DNA from: Sulfurimonadaceae bacterium
Lineage (GTDB): Bacteria > Campylobacterota > Campylobacteria > Campylobacterales > Sulfurimonadaceae
NCBI GenBank assembly: GCA_041571435.1
Contig: JBFFUI010000040.1
Coordinates: forward strand, 1 to 19,507
Direction: 5' to 3'
Length of the DNA: 19,507 nt
The notes beneath the pieces are model-generated. The model was not told the DNA's origin. It was given only the letters and a program-made list of their open reading frames with translations, and did no database searches. Positions 7,883 through 15,522 of the stretch are shown piece after piece. Position numbers and translations under genes: made by a program. Position 1 is the first letter of the stretch, and every line of letters begins with the position of its first letter.

Positions 7883-7933
7883 ATTATATAGAGTCGAAGC
7901 TATAAAGAGGGTTAACATAAATCATACTATAAT
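7883..7933. promoter_or_regulatory. Divergent -10 boxes (minus-strand TATAAT 7883-7888; plus-strand TATAAT 7928-7933)
   Basis: Two perfect TATAAT hexamers pointing outwards in the 88-nt gap between divergent genes. Confidence 0.6.
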
Positions 7934-7964
7934 GGCACAAAATTTATACGGGAGGACGCACTAG

Positions 7965-8348
7965 ATGGTAAGAATTGAAAAACGTTCGATTATGAGGCGT
8001 CCCAGTGAAGATGCCGTAAAACTGGCAAACAGCATCTATTTTACGGCTATCCAATCGGGTGAAGATTATGTCTACATCGCACTGAATCAGCTTTGCAGAC
8101 TCTTTAATCTTTGCAATGAACCGGATATGAAAGCGCGCATCACCGAACTGTTGGAAGAGTTACGTGAACCGGTAGCCGTCGAAAACTTTACCTATCAGCG
8201 TAAAGAGATAAAGTGGAAGGCAATGAGTTTTATCAGTTACACATTTAAAACCGAAAGCGATCAGGAGTATGTCGATATCCACCTTGACAAGATGTTTATC
8301 GAAGTGATGTCGCAATTAGAAGCCGAACCTTACATTAACTTTCAATAA
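7965..8348 (+). CDS. Hypothetical protein resembling the N-terminal winged-helix (WH1) domain of Rep_3-type replication initiators
   Basis: GGAGG RBS and its own -10 support the gene. The fold call rests only on a by-eye hydrophobic and secondary-structure pattern. Confidence 0.6.
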   Translation: MVRIEKRSIMRRPSEDAVKLANSIYFTAIQSGEDYVYIALNQLCRLFNLCNEPDMKARITELLEELREPVAVENFTYQRKEIKWKAMSFISYTFKTESDQEYVDIHLDKMFIEVMSQLEAEPYINFQ

Positions 8349-8386
8349 TTTATAATCTCTCAACAACTTCTTCCACAAGGTCATCC

Positions 8387-9133
8387 ATGGCAAAATATGT
8401 TATTTTAGACACCGAGACTACCGGCGCAGCAGAGAATGACAGGGTCATTCAGTTAGGCTATATGGTCTTAGGTGCCAAAGAGGTGGAGATCCATAACGAG
8501 CTCTGCTCAGCCGAAGTGCCGATTACGATCGGTGCGATGGAGGTCCACAACATTACGCCGGAGATGATCGAAGGGAAGCCGCCGTGCCGGGAGATCAACG
8601 CTTACAAGCGTCTTCTCGAGCTCAACACGCCCGACAACTACATGATCATTCACAATGCACCGTTCGATATCGGTATGCTTGCGAAAGAGGGCTTTTCACT
8701 TGACATGAAACTGATCGATACGCTGCGGGTGGCGAAACATGTCTTTCCCGATTCGGAGTACCACCGTCTGCAGTATTTCCGTTATTCACTGGAGCTTTAC
8801 AAAGAGGAAGAGGCCGAAGCGGCAAAGCTTGGCATAGAACTCAAAGCGCATGACGCCTTGGGCGATGTCCTCTTTTTAAAACTGCTGTTGTCAAAGTTGC
8901 GCAAGGCGGTGCAGGAGAAGTTCCCGGGCGAGAATGATGTAGAGAAGATGGTGTCGTTGACGCAGCAACCTGTATTTATCACCAAACCGATGCGTTTTGG
9001 AAAGCACAAAGGCAAAACGATTCAGGAACTGGCCCATGAAGATGCCGGTTACCTGCGCTGGATGATGGAAAACATGCAGAACCTTGACGAAGATACGCGC
9101 TACACCATCCAAATGGTTTTGCAAGGCAGCTAG
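8387..9133 (+). CDS. DEDDh 3'-5' exonuclease, exonuclease X-like, with C-terminal FGKHKG domain
   Basis: ExoI LDTETTG, ExoII HNAPFD and ExoIII AHDALGD, plus C-terminal MRFGKHKGKTIQEL....GYLRWM. TATAAT at 8351-8356. Confidence 0.9.
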   Translation: MAKYVILDTETTGAAENDRVIQLGYMVLGAKEVEIHNELCSAEVPITIGAMEVHNITPEMIEGKPPCREINAYKRLLELNTPDNYMIIHNAPFDIGMLAKEGFSLDMKLIDTLRVAKHVFPDSEYHRLQYFRYSLELYKEEEAEAAKLGIELKAHDALGDVLFLKLLLSKLRKAVQEKFPGENDVEKMVSLTQQPVFITKPMRFGKHKGKTIQELAHEDAGYLRWMMENMQNLDEDTRYTIQMVLQGS

Positions 9134-9161
9134 TCTAAGTATTCTCTATCGGCCAAAAAAG

Positions 9162-9389
9162 CTACTTTGAAGAACGGCGGTCGCGTTCTTCTCTGGCCTG
9201 TATGGAACGGTATAGATCAAAAAGCAGATAGCCCCCAAAGGTCATACCGACAAGCAGCAAGACGATAGAGAGCCCCAGCCCCAGAAAACTGTCCATCTCC
9301 CTGGCGGAGAGAAAGAGCAGCGTTCCCGCCACTATTGCCAGTAAAATTGTTAATAATAGCAACCCCAGCGTGGTCATCGGATTTTTCAC
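9162..9389 (-). CDS. Small two-TM membrane protein (75 aa)
   Basis: GTG start with AAGG RBS, extended -10 TGATACAAT on the minus strand at 9418-9426, two hydrophobic helices and a basic tail. Confidence 0.75.
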   Translation of the reverse strand: MKNPMTTLGLLLLTILLAIVAGTLLFLSAREMDSFLGLGLSIVLLLVGMTFGGYLLFDLYRSIQAREERDRRSSK

Positions 9390-9530
9390 AGTCGTACCTT
9401 ATTGAATTCAGATTTCGATTGTATCAGCGATAAATGTGAAATTGGTGTGAGGCGAGCGCTATTTCTTTAAAAAAAACTTGTAAATTATCGAGATCCTTAG
9501 ACCTTAGTCCAAAAACACTATAATTACTTT

Positions 9531-10880
9531 ATGAATTTTGACGCCTTGAGAAACAAAAACATCATACTTTTTGGTAAAAGCAGAGCTTTGAGCGGCGACG
9601 AGTTTATCAAGCAGCTTCACAACCATGACATCACCTTGGTAGACGATGTCAATGACGGTGTCGAAGTGATCGTTCAGGGACGGCTGGTAAACCCGATCGA
9701 ACAAGATACGCTTGAGCGCCTTTATGAAGAGAAGGTCGCACCGATCATCGAGATCGAAGCGCTTGAAAAATGGCTCTGCAGTGCTATCGATGTGGATAAG
9801 CTGTTGATGAGTCTGAAGCTAAGCGGCAACAGAGAACGTCTGATGGGGTATCTGCAGAACCCCTATATTTCAAATACGCTCTTTTTACGTCTACTGAAAC
9901 TTTACAACTGGGAGGGTGTCGGTTTTTTTGAGAGCGATGACAACCGTGATATTACAGCAGCACTGATCAGCCGTTTTTACGAGAACATCGAACGAAATCA
10001 TAACGTCCAATATGCCAATATGGGGATCATGCATCTGCTGAACCAGAGCGGTGATGTCGAACTGACCGAGACGATCGCTCTGCTGGCACCGCTTCAGACA
10101 GCACTGAAAGAGGGGTGTGACAACTCAACGCAGAAGATACTCAATGCCATCGCACTGCATCCGAACATGTCGTCAAAGGTGCTCAAACAGTGGCTTAAAA
10201 ACGGCAGTGATGATATTCAGATGCTGATTGCAATGCGTCATGACCTTTCCCTGCCTATGCAGCAGTACCTTTTGAACCTTGGCAAACCGATTATCGATGA
10301 GACCCTCTCTCTGAACCCGACCATCGACCCTGAGATCGCTCTGACCCTGTTGCGCACGTTTCCGGAGAACATCGCTAAACACATAGTGCTGGACACAGGA
10401 CTCTTTGATTCACTGCTTGAGGCGTACGATCAGGCTTTGGCGCAAAACCCGACCTTGAGTCCGGCAATGCAGGAGAAACTTCTGGAGAGAGGCGAAGAGG
10501 TCGAAGCCGTGCTGGCCGGCAACCTGGAGCTCGAAGATTCGGTTTTTGAACGGCTTTCAAAAAGCGATAACCCCAAGGTGGTCTCGGCACTTCTGGGCAG
10601 CAGTCGGATGGACAGTGCCGGTATCAGAGCACTGTTTGAGAAGGAGGGGGCACGTTTTGCCGCCGAGATCGCTGCCAATACAAAAACAGAGACCTCGATC
10701 TTGCAGCAGCTTGCAAGCTGCGAAGATCTTAACGTGCTTCTGGCGCTTGCAAAAAACCCGTCCACTCCTGTTGGGCTTCTGTACCAGTTTCAACTCGACA
10801 GGCGGCTTGAGCGAGCCGTAAGAGAGAACCCGAGTTTCGGCAAACATATACAGCGCGATAATATCGGTTGGAATGTTTAG
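9531..10880 (+). CDS. Protein with an N-terminal BRCT-like domain and C-terminal LRV/HEAT-like helical repeats
   Basis: The N-terminus LRNKNIILFGK..LSGDEF..L....V..IVQG....PIIEIEALEKWL follows the BRCT pattern. Repeated A(I/L)AxNP/HP units: AIALHPNMS, LSLNPTID, ALAQNPTLS, EIAANTKT, ALAKNPSTP, AVRENPS. Confidence 0.75.
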   Translation: MNFDALRNKNIILFGKSRALSGDEFIKQLHNHDITLVDDVNDGVEVIVQGRLVNPIEQDTLERLYEEKVAPIIEIEALEKWLCSAIDVDKLLMSLKLSGNRERLMGYLQNPYISNTLFLRLLKLYNWEGVGFFESDDNRDITAALISRFYENIERNHNVQYANMGIMHLLNQSGDVELTETIALLAPLQTALKEGCDNSTQKILNAIALHPNMSSKVLKQWLKNGSDDIQMLIAMRHDLSLPMQQYLLNLGKPIIDETLSLNPTIDPEIALTLLRTFPENIAKHIVLDTGLFDSLLEAYDQALAQNPTLSPAMQEKLLERGEEVEAVLAGNLELEDSVFERLSKSDNPKVVSALLGSSRMDSAGIRALFEKEGARFAAEIAANTKTETSILQQLASCEDLNVLLALAKNPSTPVGLLYQFQLDRRLERAVRENPSFGKHIQRDNIGWNV

Positions 10881-10915
10881 TCACGTTATAATGATTAAGA
10901 GTTAAAAGGAAATCA

Positions 10916-11911
10916 ATGAGAGCAAACGAGATTGCGAGTTCATTAACGGCCATGATCAAGGCACAGATCCCGGCATTTATCTGGGGACCCCCGGGTATCG
11001 GTAAATCATCGATCGTGAAACAGATTGCCGAGGCCAATGCGTATGGGTTTATCGACCTGCGCCTCGCTTTGATGGATCCTACCGATCTTAAAGGGATCCC
11101 ATTTTATGACAAAGAGGCGCATCAGGCACTCTGGGCCCCGCCGTCATTCCTGCCGCGTGACGGTGAAGGGATCCTGTTTTTGGATGAGCTGAACTCTGCT
11201 CCGCCGGCGGTACAGGCCTCAGCCTACCAGCTGATACTGGACAGAAAAGTAGGCGAGTACACACTGCCGGAGGGGTGGGCGATCGTTGCTGCAGGAAACC
11301 GCGAAGGAGACCGCGGTGTTGTCTACCGAATGCCGTCGCCTTTGGCAAACCGTTTTGTCCATCTTGAGATGGATGTCAATGTGGAAGATTGGCGTGACTG
11401 GGCCTATGAGAGTAACCTTGACGAACGTGTGATCGCCTACATCGGTTATAAAAGCGATGACCTTTTCTCGTTTGATCCGACACAGAATGAAAAAAGTTTC
11501 GCAACACCCAGAAGCTGGGAGTTTGTAAGTTCCGTTCTTCAAAGCGGCATGGATGAAAAGCTGCTCTTGGAGACCATCGGCGGTGCTATCGGTAAAGATC
11601 GGGCCGTACGTTTTTTGAGTTTTGCCAAAGTGATGCACAGACTGCCCGATATCGAGGCGATACTTGAGAGCGGCAACGGTGCGTACCCGGAAGAGGTTGA
11701 TGTGCTGCATGCCCTGGCGACCGGTCTGGTCATGGCGATCATCAAAAATCCTTCGAAAGAGCGGATGGATAACCTCTTGAACTACACCCTCGAGCTGCAG
11801 AGTGAGTTTTCGGTGATGGTGGTGCAGGACCTGCAGCGCGCCGGTTTCACGATGGAAGAGCAAAAAGCCTTTGACAAATGGGTCGGCAAGTTTGCTTATC
11901 TACTTGCATAA
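10916..11911 (+). CDS. MoxR-type AAA+ ATPase
   Basis: Walker A IWGPPGIGKS, Walker B LFLDE, sensor VAAGN, PLANRF Arg finger and TPRSWE. TATAAT at 10887-10892 and an AAGGA RBS. Confidence 0.92.
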   Translation: MRANEIASSLTAMIKAQIPAFIWGPPGIGKSSIVKQIAEANAYGFIDLRLALMDPTDLKGIPFYDKEAHQALWAPPSFLPRDGEGILFLDELNSAPPAVQASAYQLILDRKVGEYTLPEGWAIVAAGNREGDRGVVYRMPSPLANRFVHLEMDVNVEDWRDWAYESNLDERVIAYIGYKSDDLFSFDPTQNEKSFATPRSWEFVSSVLQSGMDEKLLLETIGGAIGKDRAVRFLSFAKVMHRLPDIEAILESGNGAYPEEVDVLHALATGLVMAIIKNPSKERMDNLLNYTLELQSEFSVMVVQDLQRAGFTMEEQKAFDKWVGKFAYLLA

Positions 11912-13113
11912 TGACACCGCAGCTCAAACAAAAAGTCTCTGAGGCCAAGGCAAAACTACTTGTCGATTATCCGTACTTCGGTACATTGGCCTCCAAACTT
12001 GAACTGACCTCCAATGACAATATCCAGGCCTATCTGAGCGACGGTGTTCGTTTTGAATACAACGACGACTACCTGTTGGATCTCACCCAGGATGAACTCG
12101 CTTTCGCTCTTTCCAACGGGGCAATGCATGCTGCTCTGGCCTACGAGAACCGTCAGAAAGGGCGGATGTCATGGCTGTGGCAGTTGGCGACGGACTACGC
12201 CATCAATACGATGTTGGCCGCCAACGGCCTGGAGCCGCCGATGGAGATCGTGCTTGACCCCCGGTTTGAAGGGATGTATGCCGAAGAGATCTATGCGATC
12301 TTGAAAGATGAGATCCAAAATGAAGAGTTTGATGACAACGAAACGAACGAGACAGGTTTTAATGAGGAAAACAAACGTCGTCAGGAGCAGATGCGAAACG
12401 CCGAAGGTGACCATGACCCGGACAAAAAACGCGAGCAGTTGCAGGTGGAGAACCAGGAACAGAAACAGCTGATCGCCCAGGAGGAGATGTTTGATCAGTT
12501 CGCCAACGAAGCGTTGGAAAAGATGGAGCTTCACGGCAACCTTCCTCTGGAGATCGAACGCTTCTTCAACATCTCCGACAGCTCTAAAACGGACTGGCGC
12601 CAAGAGCTCTATCGTGCCATAGACAGACACTACTATGACAACTACCGCATGATGCCGCCGTCGAAGAAGCTGCTGTACAGCGGGGTCTACCTCCCTTCGC
12701 TCTACAGCGATACCTTGCGTTTGAGTATTGCCATCGACAGCTCCGGCTCAGTCGATGAATCGCTGCTTTCGACGTTTATGAGCGAGATCGAAGCGATACT
12801 TGTCCATTTTCCCAACTACATCATCGACCTGATCGTCTGTGATGCCAAGATACAGAGCCATCGGCAGATCATAAGTGGCGACCCTCTGGATGTGGATATC
12901 AAAGGTGGAGGCGGTACGGATTTCCGGCCCGTGTTTTCCTTGATCGAGGAGAATCTGGATGCACCATCACTCCTGTTATACTTCACAGACACCAAGGGAA
13001 GCTTTCCTGAAGCCGAACCTTTTTATGAAGTCATCTGGATAAGTGATGCTGAAAACGAGGTACCGTTTGGGGAGGTACTGGTTATCGAAAAGATGCAAGC
13101 GGAGCTCTTGTAA
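11911..13113 (+). CDS. DUF2201-type protein: N-terminal metallopeptidase-like domain (degenerate) plus C-terminal vWA domain
   Basis: TAATG coupling to the ATPase. PYFGTL and WQLATDYAIN in the N-terminal part, an acidic linker, then MIDAS IDSSGS, GGGGTDFRPVF and LYFTD. Confidence 0.88.
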   Translation: MTPQLKQKVSEAKAKLLVDYPYFGTLASKLELTSNDNIQAYLSDGVRFEYNDDYLLDLTQDELAFALSNGAMHAALAYENRQKGRMSWLWQLATDYAINTMLAANGLEPPMEIVLDPRFEGMYAEEIYAILKDEIQNEEFDDNETNETGFNEENKRRQEQMRNAEGDHDPDKKREQLQVENQEQKQLIAQEEMFDQFANEALEKMELHGNLPLEIERFFNISDSSKTDWRQELYRAIDRHYYDNYRMMPPSKKLLYSGVYLPSLYSDTLRLSIAIDSSGSVDESLLSTFMSEIEAILVHFPNYIIDLIVCDAKIQSHRQIISGDPLDVDIKGGGGTDFRPVFSLIEENLDAPSLLLYFTDTKGSFPEAEPFYEVIWISDAENEVPFGEVLVIEKMQAELL

Positions 13114-13120
13114 GTTCGCT

Positions 13121-13300
13121 CTACTCCAACCCCTTCTCTTGGTAACATTTATCGATACGCTGGTCTATTGCCATCTCCCGGCTGTTACTGTTTTCGACGC
13201 CGTTTAGAATGAAGTAGCCCGTAACGAACATAAAAACCAACCCTATCGAGATAATAGCGGTCGTCATATAGAGATTGCGTTTGTTTGGATCAAACGTCAT
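13121..13300 (-). CDS. Small single-TM protein (59 aa), not in the ORF track
   Basis: Manual translation gives MTFDPNKRNLYMTTAIISIGLVFMFVTGYFILNGVENSNSREMAIDQRIDKCYQEKGLE*. AAGGAG RBS just upstream, and it fills the gap between two genes. Confidence 0.75.
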   Translation of the reverse strand: MTFDPNKRNLYMTTAIISIGLVFMFVTGYFILNGVENSNSREMAIDQRIDKCYQEKGLE

Positions 13301-13396
13301 TGATTCTCCTTCTATAATGTACTTCCTATAAGCATAGACGCTTTTTCGTTGATAATCTTTGATAAAATACAGTTAACTAAAAATATAAAGATTCTG

Positions 13397-14683
13397 ATGT
13401 CTGAACACGAACGTATTACTTCTTTACTGGATGCAAAACAGAATGTCTTTTTGACCGGAGGTGCCGGTACCGGAAAGACGACCTTGACACGCAAGGTTAT
13501 CGACCACTACGAGGGTGAAGGCAAAAAAGTCGCCAAGCTGGCTTCGACGGGTATGGCGGCGACGTTGATCGGCGGGCAGACACTTCACAGTTTTTTAGAC
13601 CTTGGTATCGCCGACTCTATCGAAGAGCTGGAGCAAAAAGGGAAGCTCGAGATCAAAAATAAGACAAAAAAACTAATCGCTTCGATGGATTTGATCATTA
13701 TCGATGAGATCTCGATGGTGAGTGCGCCGCTTTTTGAGATGATACGGCTGCGGCTGCTGCAGAGTGACTTTAAGGGGGTCCTTTTAACAGTAGGGGATTT
13801 TCTGCAACTTCCTCCGGTGGTGCGAGGTTATGGCGAGATCAATTTTGCCTTTGAATCTGAAAGCTGGCAGCGGTTCGATTTTAGTACGATCACTCTGGAG
13901 ATAAACCATCGCAGTGACGACAGGGATTTTGTAAAGGTGCTCGACAGAGTGCGGTTCGCTGAAGTGGGGGATGCCGAGCACTACTACCTGCACCACCTTA
14001 TCAAGCCCATCGGTGAAGACCTGAGCCAATACACCTACCTTTACGGCAAAAACTATTCGGCCTCGCGTCACAATGAAGCCCAGCTGGCCTTTATCGACAG
14101 TGATGAGGTGGTCTATGAAGCACAGCTGGTGAAGCATGATAAAAACTCGACAGAAAAAGAGATAGAGCGGTTCTATCAGGATGCACGGATCGAACCACAA
14201 CTCAGACTCAAGGTGGGGGCCCCGGTCCTATTTACACGCAATGCCTGGAACTATTTTAACGGCGAACGTGGACGCATCGTACGGCTTAGCGACGAGACCG
14301 TTTTTGTTGAAAAGAGTGATGGGACTGTCGTGAAGCTCGAACGCGCTTCAATGGCGAAGACGCAGTGGAAAGAGAGGACGACCGAAGGTAAAAAGGAGAT
14401 GGTGGAAGAGGCCAAGTTCAGTCTGCATCAATTCCCGATCGCCCTTGCGTTTGCCATTACCATTCACAAATCCCAGGGGATGAGCATCGAAGACCTTATT
14501 ATAGAGACAACCGAGATCTTCGCCCCCTCGCAGTTCTACGTGGCGCTGTCGCGTGCGACATCACCGCACAGGCTGATCTTAAAACAGCCGCAGACAAACT
14601 GGTGCAACCTCGCCTTCGTTAATGGCAAGGCACTGAACTTTGTGCTGGGGCACTGCAAAGGAGAACAAGATGCCGGACAATAA
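13397..14683 (+). CDS. pif1: Pif1-family SF1B 5'-3' DNA helicase
   Basis: FLTGGAGTGKT, GGQTLHSF, IIIDEISMV, GDFLQLPPV, QFPIALAFAITIHKSQGMSI and YVALSRA. ATG 13397 is preferred over TTG 13349 because TGATAAAAT at 13360-13368 looks like the promoter. Confidence 0.9.
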   Translation: MSEHERITSLLDAKQNVFLTGGAGTGKTTLTRKVIDHYEGEGKKVAKLASTGMAATLIGGQTLHSFLDLGIADSIEELEQKGKLEIKNKTKKLIASMDLIIIDEISMVSAPLFEMIRLRLLQSDFKGVLLTVGDFLQLPPVVRGYGEINFAFESESWQRFDFSTITLEINHRSDDRDFVKVLDRVRFAEVGDAEHYYLHHLIKPIGEDLSQYTYLYGKNYSASRHNEAQLAFIDSDEVVYEAQLVKHDKNSTEKEIERFYQDARIEPQLRLKVGAPVLFTRNAWNYFNGERGRIVRLSDETVFVEKSDGTVVKLERASMAKTQWKERTTEGKKEMVEEAKFSLHQFPIALAFAITIHKSQGMSIEDLIIETTEIFAPSQFYVALSRATSPHRLILKQPQTNWCNLAFVNGKALNFVLGHCKGEQDAGQ

Positions 14684-14864
14684 AAAGAATCGACGCTTCA
14701 GGACCTTGGAAGAGCTGCAGGAAGAGTACAACGAAGAAGAACATCACCTCAAAGGTGAGCTTAACGATATCTGGAAAAACCTGAAAGCGCAGATCTTTTC
14801 TATGTGGGGCATGTTGATACTCTCGGCATTGACGCTGGCCATACTTTCGGCAATAGTACGCTAA
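14670..14864 (+). CDS. Small C-terminally anchored membrane protein (64 aa)
   Basis: AAGGAG RBS before ATG 14670, overlapping the helicase end. Charged N-terminus and one C-terminal TM helix. Confidence 0.7.
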   Translation: MPDNKKNRRFRTLEELQEEYNEEEHHLKGELNDIWKNLKAQIFSMWGMLILSALTLAILSAIVR

Positions 14865-14914
14865 CTTATTAATATAGTTGTGTTACTATAAATCAAACAA
14901 TGTGAGGAGTGAGT

Positions 14915-15502
14915 ATGGGTTATGTTTTTCTTGGTATATTGGTTTTATTGGGGCTCTATGCGATTGCTATATATAACAATCTGGTGGCAAAGAAAAATCA
15001 GATCGATAATGGTTTTGCCCAGATAGAGGTGCAGCTAAAACGTCGATATGACCTTATCCCAAATCTTATCGAAGTGGCAAAAAAGTATATGTCGCATGAA
15101 AGAGAGACCCTCGAAGCGGTTATCGCAGCACGTAATGAAGCCTCTGCACTGCTTTCAAAAGTCGAAGGCGCGCTGGACAACCCGAGTGCTATGGCACAGT
15201 TCAATGAAGCGGAACAGGGGCTGGTCGGTGCGATGGGCAAGATGAACTTCGTCATGGAGGACTACCCTGAGCTTAAAGCCAATGAGAACATGATGCAGCT
15301 TACCGAAGAGCTAACCACAACAGAGAACCGTATCGCCTTCGCCCGTCAGGCTTTTAATGACTTCGTGCTCGCGTTTAACACCTATCGTCAATCATTCCCG
15401 CAAAATCAGGTCGCCAACATGTTCGGTTTTACGACCGATGCCAAGATGCTCGAGTTTGAAGACTCCAAAGCGATTCAGGCCGCGCCTAAAGTCAGCTTTT
15501 AA
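14915..15502 (+). CDS. lemA: LemA family protein
   Basis: N-terminal TM, YNNLV, IEVQLKRRYDLIPNL, EDYPELKANENM, TENRIAFARQAFND and FP. GAGGAG RBS before ATG 14915. Confidence 0.95.
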   Translation: MGYVFLGILVLLGLYAIAIYNNLVAKKNQIDNGFAQIEVQLKRRYDLIPNLIEVAKKYMSHERETLEAVIAARNEASALLSKVEGALDNPSAMAQFNEAEQGLVGAMGKMNFVMEDYPELKANENMMQLTEELTTTENRIAFARQAFNDFVLAFNTYRQSFPQNQVANMFGFTTDAKMLEFEDSKAIQAAPKVSF

Positions 15503-15522
15503 TCTCAGCCAGTATCTGAAAT

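Noticed and set aside
7877-8386. Integrated plasmid origin around the Rep-like gene
   Set aside because: I saw no iterons, second winged-helix domain, integrase, att-like repeats or obvious composition shift.
9469-9476. A8 run upstream of the BRCT-gene promoter as a phase-variation tract
   Set aside because: The run is short and sits in AT-rich intergenic DNA. Campylobacterota contingency tracts are usually poly-G/C or much longer.
10886-10900. TTATAATGATTAAGA as a PerR-like box before the MoxR gene
   Set aside because: The right half-site is broken, and the match is explained by the -10 hexamer plus AT-rich flank.
11878-11910. Extended ORF-track starts (also 3617, 4063, 7918, 13349, 14640, 14909)
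   Set aside because: Downstream ATGs fit the RBS, promoter, signal-peptide or stop-start overlap evidence better.
11219-12630. Long minus-strand ORFs (214 aa and 153 aa) opposite the MoxR/vWA genes, and similar nested ORFs elsewhere in the track
   Set aside because: They are shadow or alternate frames inside confidently assigned genes, with no motifs I recognise.
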